From the NCBI GenBank assembly GCA_022827785.1, contig JAJEIM010000042.1, forward strand, positions 2,924 to 66,923: 64,000 nt of DNA, read 5' to 3'. The notes under the pieces were generated by a model that did not search any database, was not told the DNA's origin, and was given only the letters and a program-made list of their open reading frames with translations. Position numbers and translations under genes: made by a program. The DNA is from Acidimicrobiia bacterium (GTDB lineage Bacteria; Actinomycetota; Acidimicrobiia; Spongiisociales; Spongiisociaceae). This document shows positions 49,564 to 57,823 of this stretch, piece after piece; within the stretch, counting starts at the first letter, position 1; the number at the start of each line of letters is the position of its first letter.

Positions 49564-50742
49564 ATGATGGCTAATCGGAACACGACGTGCTTCAGAGACG
49601 AGAGTAATGGGGATGGGTCGAGAAAGGCAGCCTTCGACTCCGCGCCGGCGGCTGGGATGATGGCGAGTCGAGGATCCGGGGGAGCGGTGTCAGCTATGCC
49701 AACCCGGCGTAGTGTGGTACTTGAGAACGTCCCGCTGGCCTCGCCGTTTCCTGAGGGTTGGTACTTCGTCACGAGCCGTAAGGCGCTCGAAGCCGGGATG
49801 ATCGAAAAGACCTGGATGGGGGAGAAGATCGTCGCCTGGAGCGACGAGAACGGGAACGTGTGCGTCGCCGGCGCCTTTTGCCCGCACCTTGGCGCCGATC
49901 TGGGACCGACCGCGGGAGGGCGCATCTGCGATGGGAGGCTGGTCTGCCCGTTCCATGGCTACGAGTTCGACGCGACCGGCCAGTGCGTGGCCACCCCCTA
50001 TTCACCCCCGCCTACCAAGGCGAAGTTGCGCGTCTTCGAGACCCGGGAAATCGCCGGCATGATCTTCGCCTGGTGGGGGATCGGGGGGCGGGCACCGCAA
50101 TGGAGCCTGGCTGACGACGATCTGGACCAGGACGGATGGACCGGTCTCAAGATCAGGACCGTCCGCTTTCCCGGCCATCCCCAGGAGACCACGGAGAACT
50201 CGGTGGACGTGGGCCACCTGCGCTACGTCCATGGCTATGACAGCGTGAGTCGTGTCGGGCGGGTCTCGGTGGACGGGGCGCGTCTTGAGAGCGACTTCGA
50301 CTTCATGCGCACCCGGACCATCGGCAAGGTGTTGAACCTCACCTTCGACGTGGCGGCGCGTACCCGTATCTTCGGGTTGGGCTATTCGTTCGTGCAGATC
50401 CGCGAGCGCTCGATCGGAATGGACATGCGCCTGTGGGTGCTGGCCACGCCGGTCGACGGTTTGCTCATCGACCTGTCACTGGTTTCGCAGGTGCGGGAGA
50501 TACGCAAGCCGCGGCGGTGGATAGCGGGCCTGGGGTTTCTGCCGGTGAAGTTACGCGCCCCCATCATGAACCGGTTCATTTCCGCTCAGCAATACGGGGA
50601 CGTCCAGCAGGACGTGATCATCTGGAGCCGCAAACAGTACCGATCCCGCCCGCTTCTCTGCCGTTCCGACGGCGAGATCATGCCGTTCCGGCGCTACTGC
50701 GCCCAGTTCTACCCCGACCGGGGCGACCCGGAGAACCGCTAG
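49564..50742 (+). CDS. Rieske [2Fe-2S] non-heme-iron oxygenase, KshA/Neverland-like
   Basis: Rieske motif CPHLGADLG-x17-CPFHGYEF. Mononuclear-iron motif E-x3-D-x2-H-x4-H (ENSVDVGHLRYVH). About 390 aa like KshA. True start may be a later M. Confidence 0.75.
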   Translation: MMANRNTTCFRDESNGDGSRKAAFDSAPAAGMMASRGSGGAVSAMPTRRSVVLENVPLASPFPEGWYFVTSRKALEAGMIEKTWMGEKIVAWSDENGNVCVAGAFCPHLGADLGPTAGGRICDGRLVCPFHGYEFDATGQCVATPYSPPPTKAKLRVFETREIAGMIFAWWGIGGRAPQWSLADDDLDQDGWTGLKIRTVRFPGHPQETTENSVDVGHLRYVHGYDSVSRVGRVSVDGARLESDFDFMRTRTIGKVLNLTFDVAARTRIFGLGYSFVQIRERSIGMDMRLWVLATPVDGLLIDLSLVSQVREIRKPRRWIAGLGFLPVKLRAPIMNRFISAQQYGDVQQDVIIWSRKQYRSRPLLCRSDGEIMPFRRYCAQFYPDRGDPENR

Positions 50743-50860
50743 CGCGCGAGCTGACCGGATCGGGGGTATGCAGATGGCCCGCTGGGGAGGGACGTGTTCT
50801 CTCGGTTTTCGCGTTCTTGATGCCCGGGTATGGGCGACGAACTGCTGAATCAGCGCCCTC

Positions 50861-51949
50861 TTACAGCGGCTTGCGGGCCAGGAAACAATACAGCGGTGTG
50901 AAGATCCCGGCCCTGCCACCCGCGACATATGCCCTGGCGGTCCGATCCATCAGCCTCACGACGTCCGCGGTGCCTTCCGGAAATATCTTCACCAACTCGG
51001 CCAGCCTGAGTCCCCCGATCATCGCCTTCCGGCCCAATGGGACCCTGTACAGGGTGCCGCCCGGCGTGCCGCGCCGGGTCTCCATGGGCCGATACCAGGG
51101 AACGGGGTGGCTCGGACTGTTCTGCGCTACGGCCCGATCCTTCCCTTCGAGGACCTCGAATCCCGCTTCTTCGAGCGCCCGGTTCACCTCGCCCGTGGTG
51201 GCGATTCCGTCGAGCGCGATGCCGTGCATCAGCTCATGCTCGATGGCTCGGTGCCGGTCGTCGTCGGGATCGAACCTGTCCGTCAAGCACATCTCCTGGC
51301 CCCAGAAGAGAGCTCCGGGCTTGAGAACCCGGTGGATCTCCGCGAACGCGCTCACCTTGTCCGGCGCATGGCACGTCGATTCGATGGCGTAGCCGCGGTC
51401 GAATGTGTCGTCCGCGACGGCGCTCATGTCCATGAAGCTGCAGGCAAGGTAGTCGACCACGTGGTCGAGACCCGCCTCGGCATTCAACGACTTCGCCTTG
51501 TCCAATTGGAGATCGTTGTTGTTGACGCCTACGACCCGGACACCACCCTCCCGAACGACACGGCGCATCGGGCCGCCGATCCCGCAACCGACGTCGATCA
51601 CGGTCATGCCCTCGCGCAATTCCAGCTTGTCGATCATCAGTCGCTGGTGCCTGATCTGCGATTCTTCCAGGCTCTCCTCGGGCGACAGTGGCGCGAAGTG
51701 CAGGGACTCGCTCCAACCGAACACCATGAACTCCCCGCAAAGGTCGTAGTAGTCCCTCACGGTTTTGGCGTGGTCGTAGGCTGTTGCGCCGGTTCCCGTG
51801 CGAATTGCCCGGTCGGTCCATCCGTTGAAGTGGCGCACGCGACCGGCGACGTCCGTCCCACGGTACGTCGCCTTGAGCCCGGTGGCTAGCTCGCGCAGAC
51901 CCATGAACCCTGGGACATCAACAGCGACGGGGTGTCTTCTCGTGTCCAT
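50861..51949 (-). CDS. Sterol 24-C-methyltransferase (ERG6/SMT)-like SAM-dependent methyltransferase
   Basis: SMT region I YYDLCGEFMVFGWSESLHF. SAM motif VIDVGCGIGGPMR. GVNNNDLQLDKAK and YAIESTCHAPD match ERG6-family signatures closely (ERG6: GLNNNDYQI..AK, YAIEATCHAP). Internal ATG start at 51949. Confidence 0.85.
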   Translation of the reverse strand: MDTRRHPVAVDVPGFMGLRELATGLKATYRGTDVAGRVRHFNGWTDRAIRTGTGATAYDHAKTVRDYYDLCGEFMVFGWSESLHFAPLSPEESLEESQIRHQRLMIDKLELREGMTVIDVGCGIGGPMRRVVREGGVRVVGVNNNDLQLDKAKSLNAEAGLDHVVDYLACSFMDMSAVADDTFDRGYAIESTCHAPDKVSAFAEIHRVLKPGALFWGQEMCLTDRFDPDDDRHRAIEHELMHGIALDGIATTGEVNRALEEAGFEVLEGKDRAVAQNSPSHPVPWYRPMETRRGTPGGTLYRVPLGRKAMIGGLRLAELVKIFPEGTADVVRLMDRTARAYVAGGRAGIFTPLYCFLARKPL

Positions 51950-52109
51950 TCTCCGCGCACCAGAAAATACTACAGGGAGAGAGAGGCGATCATGGCTACG
52001 GCGGCAGGATGCATCCGAGAGGGATCCTGCCCACCCGTCGAATCGGTCTAGATCCGTCCGGTTCGGCGCCACGGCCAGTACCGGGCCACACTCTCGAGTG
52101 GATCGCCTC

Positions 52110-54137
52110 CTACACCGGCAGTTCGTGCCGCTGCGCGGCGATGACGAACTTCAGCTTGTTGTTCACCGACGAAGATGGGAACGGGCTGATCTTCAGCTTG
52201 TACCTGGCGGGTGAGATCTCGAGGGTGAAATGGTGTACGAGCATCAGCAAATGGATCGCCATTTGAAGTGACGTCCACCGGGAGCCCAGGCATGTGTGGG
52301 TACCCAGACCGTACGGCGCAAATGAGGATCCGACGTGTTCCCTGCGCGGCGCTAGATAGCGACCGATATCAAACGAGAAGGGATCGGGGAAGACTTCCTC
52401 CATGTAGTGTGTGGCCGTTTGGGCAATCACGACCCGGGACCCCTGCGGGAGTTCGTATCCGTCAACTGTGCACGTGTTCATCACGTTTCGATAGGATGCC
52501 GGCACGATCGGATAGACACGCATGCACTCCATGATGAACCGGCGTGTGACGTCTATCCCAGGTCCGGTGATCTCATCACGATCGGGATCCCCGTTGGCGA
52601 ACAAGGCATCGGCCTCGCCCTGGATCTTCTCGTAGAACTCGGGCTGTGACACCATCGCGTAGGTGATCAAGCCAAGCTGGTCACCCACATACATGCTTGC
52701 GATCAACGGCGCCGAGAGCACGAACGGCAGATTCGACTCCGGGAGGAACTGCCGGTCGCTCGTATGCATGCTCAGAAGGTCATCGGCAAGATCGCGAGGG
52801 CACCCTGCCCGCTGGGCGGGCGTGTGGACGCTCTGGACTCGTTCCACAACCTCTCCGACCAGCTTCGCCCGGCGCTTCATGGCAGGAGTACGCAGCATGA
52901 ACTTGGGCATGTTCCTGACGACATGGGTCTGAAGGGCTCGTTCCTTGAACTTGTGCAGGTCATCGACGAGATCCTGGGAATCGATACTGACGGTGAGCGG
53001 CGACATTGTTGCGTTGACCAGGCGCCTGCACATCGCCTTCGCGGGAAGCACATCTCCGACAGACCAGGCTGCCATGTGGTTCCGGGCATTGGAGTAGACC
53101 TCATCCAGCTGAGCTTCCAGCCTCGCGCGTGAATAGGCCGGCTGCATGGACTTGCGATACCGGAAATGATCACCACCGTCGAGGGTAGGCAATAACCCCG
53201 ATCCTCCGTATACCTTCTCGAAGTCCTCCAGATAATCCTTGGCCCTCAGATACATGCGCCCGTGCCGATGCACCCAGTGGTTCATTTCTGGTCCGGCGAG
53301 AAAGATCATCGGGTTGGCGAAGGGTGGACGAACCTGGAACACGGGACCATATTCTTGCGCGAGCTCTGCAAATAGTGCAGGAATATTACCTTGACGAAGG
53401 TGTCGACTGCCCAGCAGATGGCGAAGCGGCGCAACCGGAATCGGCTTAGCGAAAGCGGAGGGTCTGAACAAGGACCCAGCCAGGTTGTCGCTAACTGCTG
53501 CGGCGATGGACCTGCCGATCAGGTCCATCTTGCCGATGAATTCAACACGCCTTTCCGACTCTTCATCAAGGTCAAATATGAAGCGCAAGACATCACATGT
53601 ATTGATGAGACAGATGATAATGATATCTCTAGGGTCCGGAATCTCGTTGGCGAAGATCGCTCGACCGAGGCGCGTCTTGACGAAGTCTACAGCAGTACCT
53701 TCCCCAGATCTGGCATACGTGTCCTTCTGACATCCGCCCCGGGCCAACGACCAGAAGTCACCGTCGTGGTGCTGCAAGATCTTCAGGTCGACCAATCGAT
53801 CAAGGGTTAAGTCGATAATCGATTCTGCACGGGGAGCGAGCCGTTCGATCCAGTACTGGGCGTTCCGCTGAACCGGCTCTGCGGCGATCTTCTCGAGAAT
53901 AGGATCCAGGGCAGGATCGCCTGTTTCTGTTCGATCCAGAAGGATCAAGGAATCCATATCCGTGTCGATACGAGATAGCAGCGACAGCTCTCCCAACACG
54001 GCGCCGATAACGGCACAGTTCAGATCCCACCCGGGAACCTGCCGGAAGTAGCCACTCTCCTCGTTGAGGAGCGTGAGGACGAACTCGTCGAGCAAACTGA
54101 GCGTCTGACTGGTCGCACTGCTTGCGGTAAGAGTCAT
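52110..54137 (-). CDS. Cytochrome P450 with N-terminal GPP34/GOLPH3-like domain (fusion, 675 aa)
   Basis: C-terminal P450 has EXXR (ECMRVYP) and heme-thiolate loop FAPYGLGTHTCLGSRW. N-terminal about 200 aa match the GPP34 family (LLDEFVLTLLNEESGYF..VPGWDLNCAVIGAVLGELSLLSRI ... DPRDIIIICLINTCDVLRFIF). Lower GC than the flanks. Confidence 0.85.
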   Translation of the reverse strand: MTLTASSATSQTLSLLDEFVLTLLNEESGYFRQVPGWDLNCAVIGAVLGELSLLSRIDTDMDSLILLDRTETGDPALDPILEKIAAEPVQRNAQYWIERLAPRAESIIDLTLDRLVDLKILQHHDGDFWSLARGGCQKDTYARSGEGTAVDFVKTRLGRAIFANEIPDPRDIIIICLINTCDVLRFIFDLDEESERRVEFIGKMDLIGRSIAAAVSDNLAGSLFRPSAFAKPIPVAPLRHLLGSRHLRQGNIPALFAELAQEYGPVFQVRPPFANPMIFLAGPEMNHWVHRHGRMYLRAKDYLEDFEKVYGGSGLLPTLDGGDHFRYRKSMQPAYSRARLEAQLDEVYSNARNHMAAWSVGDVLPAKAMCRRLVNATMSPLTVSIDSQDLVDDLHKFKERALQTHVVRNMPKFMLRTPAMKRRAKLVGEVVERVQSVHTPAQRAGCPRDLADDLLSMHTSDRQFLPESNLPFVLSAPLIASMYVGDQLGLITYAMVSQPEFYEKIQGEADALFANGDPDRDEITGPGIDVTRRFIMECMRVYPIVPASYRNVMNTCTVDGYELPQGSRVVIAQTATHYMEEVFPDPFSFDIGRYLAPRREHVGSSFAPYGLGTHTCLGSRWTSLQMAIHLLMLVHHFTLEISPARYKLKISPFPSSSVNNKLKFVIAAQRHELPV

Positions 54138-54301
54138 CCGTCCGCCCCTCCGTTACCCAACCATGGAAACCTTAGCATGCAGGGGCTGTTTCGAGATCTG
54201 CGGGATAGGGCGAGGAGGGTGACGAATCCTGCCACCGCGTCACCTATGGCGAGCTTCGGGTAAAGGCACCCTGGCGGTCCGCGAGCAACTAGCCTGGGGC
54301 C

Positions 54302-55072
54302 ATGGCTCAACTACAACTCCGTCCGCTAGGTGTCGGCGAGATCGTCGACGCCACATTCACCGTCTACCGGCGCCGCTTCGGCCCGATGTTCGCCATCGCG
54401 CTGATGCTCGTGTTCATCCCGTTCCTCATCAGCCTGGTCGGTGGCTGCAGCCTCGACGCGAGCGGCACGACCACATGTACGTCTCCCATCGGCTGGCTCG
54501 CGTACATCGCAGGCTCGATCGGCACCCTCGTGGCGGGCACGGCTGCCGCCCTGGTGGCGGCCGAAGCCTATGCAGGTGTCCCGTCCGACTGGCGGCGAGC
54601 GACGAGGATCGGGCTTCGTAGAACCCTGGCGATCATCGGGGCGACGATCGTGGCCGGGGTGCTGATCGCCATCGGATTCGTGCTCGTGATCGTCCCGGGT
54701 ATCTTCCTGGCCGTGTCCCTCGCGGTGGTCTGGCAGGCTCTGATCATCGAAGGCGCTGGTCCGATGGAGAGCATCAAGCGGTCGTGGCGTCTGGTGGCCG
54801 GCGAGCGCTGGAGGGTGTTCGGGGCCGGCTTGCTCGTCATAATCATCGCGATCATCGTCTTCGGGGTTGCCTCGGCGGTGATCTGGCTCATCCTCTCGGC
54901 CGGCCTGGGAGTGAGCGGAGATACGGGCGGTTACCTCGTCCAGCAGGTAGCCACCCTGCTGTCAGTCCCGCTGAGCGCCGCGGTAGGTACGGTCATCTAT
55001 CTCGATCTGCGGGTGCGCAAGGAGTCGCTCGGCACGGCCGAACTCGCCGCCGCTCTGTCCGAACGGGGCTGA
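54302..55072 (+). CDS. Hypothetical polytopic membrane protein
   Basis: 256 aa, multiple TM helices. N-terminal GEIVDATFTVYRRRF resembles GPDPase-membrane/DUF-type families. Weak. Confidence 0.45.
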   Translation: MAQLQLRPLGVGEIVDATFTVYRRRFGPMFAIALMLVFIPFLISLVGGCSLDASGTTTCTSPIGWLAYIAGSIGTLVAGTAAALVAAEAYAGVPSDWRRATRIGLRRTLAIIGATIVAGVLIAIGFVLVIVPGIFLAVSLAVVWQALIIEGAGPMESIKRSWRLVAGERWRVFGAGLLVIIIAIIVFGVASAVIWLILSAGLGVSGDTGGYLVQQVATLLSVPLSAAVGTVIYLDLRVRKESLGTAELAAALSERG

Positions 55073-55161
55073 ATCAACTAGCCTCCGGTCCCCGAGCAAC
55101 ACTGACCGTTGATCGAGGTTCTCCGGATGCCCATCAAGGGCGTAGGATCATCGGAGCCACA

Positions 55162-55238
55162 GGCCCCGTCGTCCAGCCGGCCTAGGACGCTGGCCTTTCA
55201 AGCCAGAAACGCGGGTTCGAATCCCGTCGGGGCCACCA
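55162..55238 (+). tRNA. tRNA-Glu (anticodon TTC), CCA encoded
   Basis: Manual fold. Acceptor GGCCCCG/CGGGGCC, D-stem GTCC/GGAC, anticodon stem CTGGC/GCCAG, loop CTTTCAA, T-loop TTCGAAT. Confidence 0.85.
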
Positions 55239-55276
55239 TTAAGAATCTCACCGCCCCCGCCTTTCGTGAGGTGTAG

Positions 55277-56476
55277 ATGACCGGGGACAGACACTTCTAC
55301 GTAGACTCGTTCGATACGGTCCGGCTGAGTTCGTATCGGCTCGGTCGGTCGCCCTTTGCCGGCCGATACGTGACGGACCAGACGATCTTCGGCCTGTACT
55401 GCGGTCGCTTGTATCCCCTCAAGACCACCCCCGACGAGGACCCAGTTCCCCGGTACTGGAAGCTGCGTCGCGGGGTGCTGCTCTACGACGTTCCGGAGAA
55501 GCCCCTCGAGATCAGCGGACCGGACGCCGCCCGAGTGCTCGAGAGGGTTCTCATCTGCAGGGTCGCAACGCTCGCAGTGGGTCGGGCTCGCTATGGCATC
55601 GCCTGCAAAGAGGACGGCACCGTTCTGATGGACGGTGTGCTCATGCGCCTTGCGCAGGATCGCTTCTGGTACGTGAAGGCGAACGGGGAGTTCACGAGCT
55701 GGCTCGAGGCGCACGCCGTCGGGCTTGACGCAGAAGTCTCCGATCCGGATTCGAGAGTGCTGCAGATCCAAGGGCCGAAGTCGCTCGATGTTCTGGACGC
55801 GGCCATCGGTGGTGGGCTATCGACCGACTTCAGATATTTCCACGCCGGATTCTTCGACATCGGAGGCCAGACATTGTGGGTCTCCCGGACCGGGTGGACG
55901 GGGGAGATGGGCATCGAGATCTACTGCAACAGCGGTCCGGAGCCCACGGATCATGACGCCCTCTGGGATCATCTGTTCGCCAGCGGTGGACCCTTCGGAC
56001 TCGAGTTCAGCTCGGGGTCGTCGATGGGAATACGGCGCATCGAAGCCGGCATCCTGGACAATGGCACCGATATCGAAGCGGACCTGACGCCGTTCGGCGC
56101 CGGCCTCGGGAACTTTGTCGCCCTCGACAAGGGGGACTTCATCGGCCGCTCCGCGTTGGTGAAGGCCGATCGCAGCCAGCTCCTGTTCGGCCTGGTATGT
56201 GCCACCGCCGCTCCGGACGCCGGGCTGCAGGTCCACTTCGAGAACCGCCCGGTCGGGCACATCACGATAGGCACCTGGTCGCCCACGCTGGACAGAGGAG
56301 TCGGCTACGTGCGCTTCGATCGACCGCTGCCGGGTGGTGACTGGCTCGGCAAGACGGTCATGTTGCTCGACCATCGGGGAGGCCTCCACCCGGCGACTGT
56401 CGACACCCTGCCGTTCGTGGACAAGGAGAAGCGGTTACCGCGCGCCGAGTGGCGTGGCGGAGGGTCCGGGACATAG
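55277..56476 (+). CDS. Aminomethyltransferase (GcvT) family folate-binding protein
   Basis: GcvT-like N- and C-terminal barrel domains (YDVPEKPLEISGPDA..., GTDIEADLTPFGAGL). 399 aa. Confidence 0.75.
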   Translation: MTGDRHFYVDSFDTVRLSSYRLGRSPFAGRYVTDQTIFGLYCGRLYPLKTTPDEDPVPRYWKLRRGVLLYDVPEKPLEISGPDAARVLERVLICRVATLAVGRARYGIACKEDGTVLMDGVLMRLAQDRFWYVKANGEFTSWLEAHAVGLDAEVSDPDSRVLQIQGPKSLDVLDAAIGGGLSTDFRYFHAGFFDIGGQTLWVSRTGWTGEMGIEIYCNSGPEPTDHDALWDHLFASGGPFGLEFSSGSSMGIRRIEAGILDNGTDIEADLTPFGAGLGNFVALDKGDFIGRSALVKADRSQLLFGLVCATAAPDAGLQVHFENRPVGHITIGTWSPTLDRGVGYVRFDRPLPGGDWLGKTVMLLDHRGGLHPATVDTLPFVDKEKRLPRAEWRGGGSGT

Positions 56477-56545
56477 GGCGTCGCCGGTCCGGCGCGCGGT
56501 CCGGTTGACGCGAGCGCCACCATACCTGGTAACTTGGCGGCCTGA

Positions 56546-56617
56546 TCGGGAGTGGTGTAATCGGCAGCACGACAGGTTCTGGCCCTGTTAGTAGGGGTTC
56601 GAGTCCTCTCTCCCGAG
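56546..56617 (+). tRNA. tRNA-Gln (anticodon CTG)
   Basis: Manual fold. U1-A72 acceptor TCGGGAG/CTCCCGA, D-stem GTGT/GCAC, anticodon stem ACAGG/CCTGT, loop TTCTGGC, T-arm AGGGG-TTCGAGT-CCTCT, discriminator G. Confidence 0.8.
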
Positions 56618-56644
56618 CGGTTGGTATCATTCGCCACACGCAGT

Positions 56645-56717
56645 GGCCCCGTCGTCTAGGGGCCTAGGACACCGCCCTCTCAAGGCGGAGACGCCAGTTC
56701 AAATCTGGTCGGGGCTG
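56645..56717 (+). tRNA. tRNA-Glu (anticodon CTC)
   Basis: Manual fold. Acceptor GGCCCCG/CGGGGCT (G1-U72), anticodon stem CCGCC/GGCGG, loop CTCTCAA, T-loop TTCAAAT. 27 nt after tRNA-Gln. Confidence 0.8.
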
Positions 56718-57111
56718 CGATAGAACGACCCGGTCGGACCCATCACCGTGTGAAGGGTTCCGGTCGGGTCATTCCTTTCGCTGTCTCGGACGGCTCTTCG
56801 CAAACGAGCGGGTCGATATGTGTCCGACCGAGAGCCTCGCTCCCGAAAATCCGGTGCTTCGCATCGGGCCCCGCCCCCACCACCACCCATCCTGTTGGAG
56901 CGTGGTCGGCCATGCCCGGCTGGATGCCGGGGATCGGCTGTCGCTCCATGAAGCCTTCCATGTTCCCTCGGTCCGGCCGGTCCGATCGTCATCGGCCGGT
57001 TAGGTGCTTGGCGATGGGCACCTTATAGCGGGGGTGTGACGATTCCGGCCACGATCTGCGAGAACGCGAAAGAACGGTAAGGAAGCGCCTCCGCGATCGG
57101 TGAGGGTCGTG

Positions 57112-57819
57112 TCAGGCGCGTCCGAACACGGGGACGACCGCTCCGGACATGACCCCCGATTCGCCGGTCAGGATGAACTCCGCCACCGCCGCGATCTCGT
57201 CAGGGGTGGGCCACTTGACGTACTCCGCGAAGGGCAGCGCCCGGCGGGTGGCGGGCGTGTCGATAACCGACGGCAGGATCACGTTGACGGTGATGTCGGC
57301 GTCCTCCAGTTCCGCCGCGGCGGTCTTGGCCAGGGCGACCACCCCCGCCTTGGCGATGTTGAAGGCGGCCTGCCCGGGCGGGTTGTCCACCACCGCCCGG
57401 CTCCCGACCAGCAGGATGCGGCCGTCGCCGGCGTCTTCTAGGTGGGGGACGGCGGCCCGCACGGTGTAGAAGGCCGACCGAAGGTTGAGGTCGATCATCC
57501 AGTCGAACCGTACATCGTCGGTGTCTTTCACATCCCGGCCGGCGGCCCAGCCTCCCACCAGCGAGGCGACCGCGTCGATGCGGCCGAACCGGGCTGCCAC
57601 CCTGGCCATGAAGTCCTCGACCTCCCCGGACTCCGTGGCGTTGACGCGGCGGAGGACCAGCTGGTCCTCATCGAAGGGGAACCGTTCCTCGAACTCGTCC
57701 GTATCGATGGGCCTCAGGTAGGTGGCGCCGATGCGGTAGCCCTGGCGGATCAGCCGCCCGGTGAGGGCGGTACCGAGCCCGCCGGTGGCGCCGACGATGA
57801 CTGCTACGGGGCTACTCAT
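57112..57819 (-). CDS. SDR family NAD(P)-dependent oxidoreductase
   Basis: VAVIVGATGGLGTALTGRL (TGxxxGxG). Catalytic YxxxK lies in the downstream region. Internal ATG start chosen. The ORF-track start is 57858. Confidence 0.75.
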   Translation of the reverse strand: MSSPVAVIVGATGGLGTALTGRLIRQGYRIGATYLRPIDTDEFEERFPFDEDQLVLRRVNATESGEVEDFMARVAARFGRIDAVASLVGGWAAGRDVKDTDDVRFDWMIDLNLRSAFYTVRAAVPHLEDAGDGRILLVGSRAVVDNPPGQAAFNIAKAGVVALAKTAAAELEDADITVNVILPSVIDTPATRRALPFAEYVKWPTPDEIAAVAEFILTGESGVMSGAVVPVFGRA

Positions 57820-57823
57820 GGGG

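Noticed and set aside
54286-55083. 10-bp direct repeat CAACTAGCCT on both sides of the membrane-protein gene 54302..55072
   Set aside because: Single short pair with no TSD/IR structure and no transposase. Most likely coincidence, so not called a mobile element.
57112-57819. SDR as the SdmB-like reductase partner of the Rieske oxygenase
   Set aside because: About 6 kb and a tRNA cluster separate them. SDRs are ubiquitous and nothing in the sequence supports the link.
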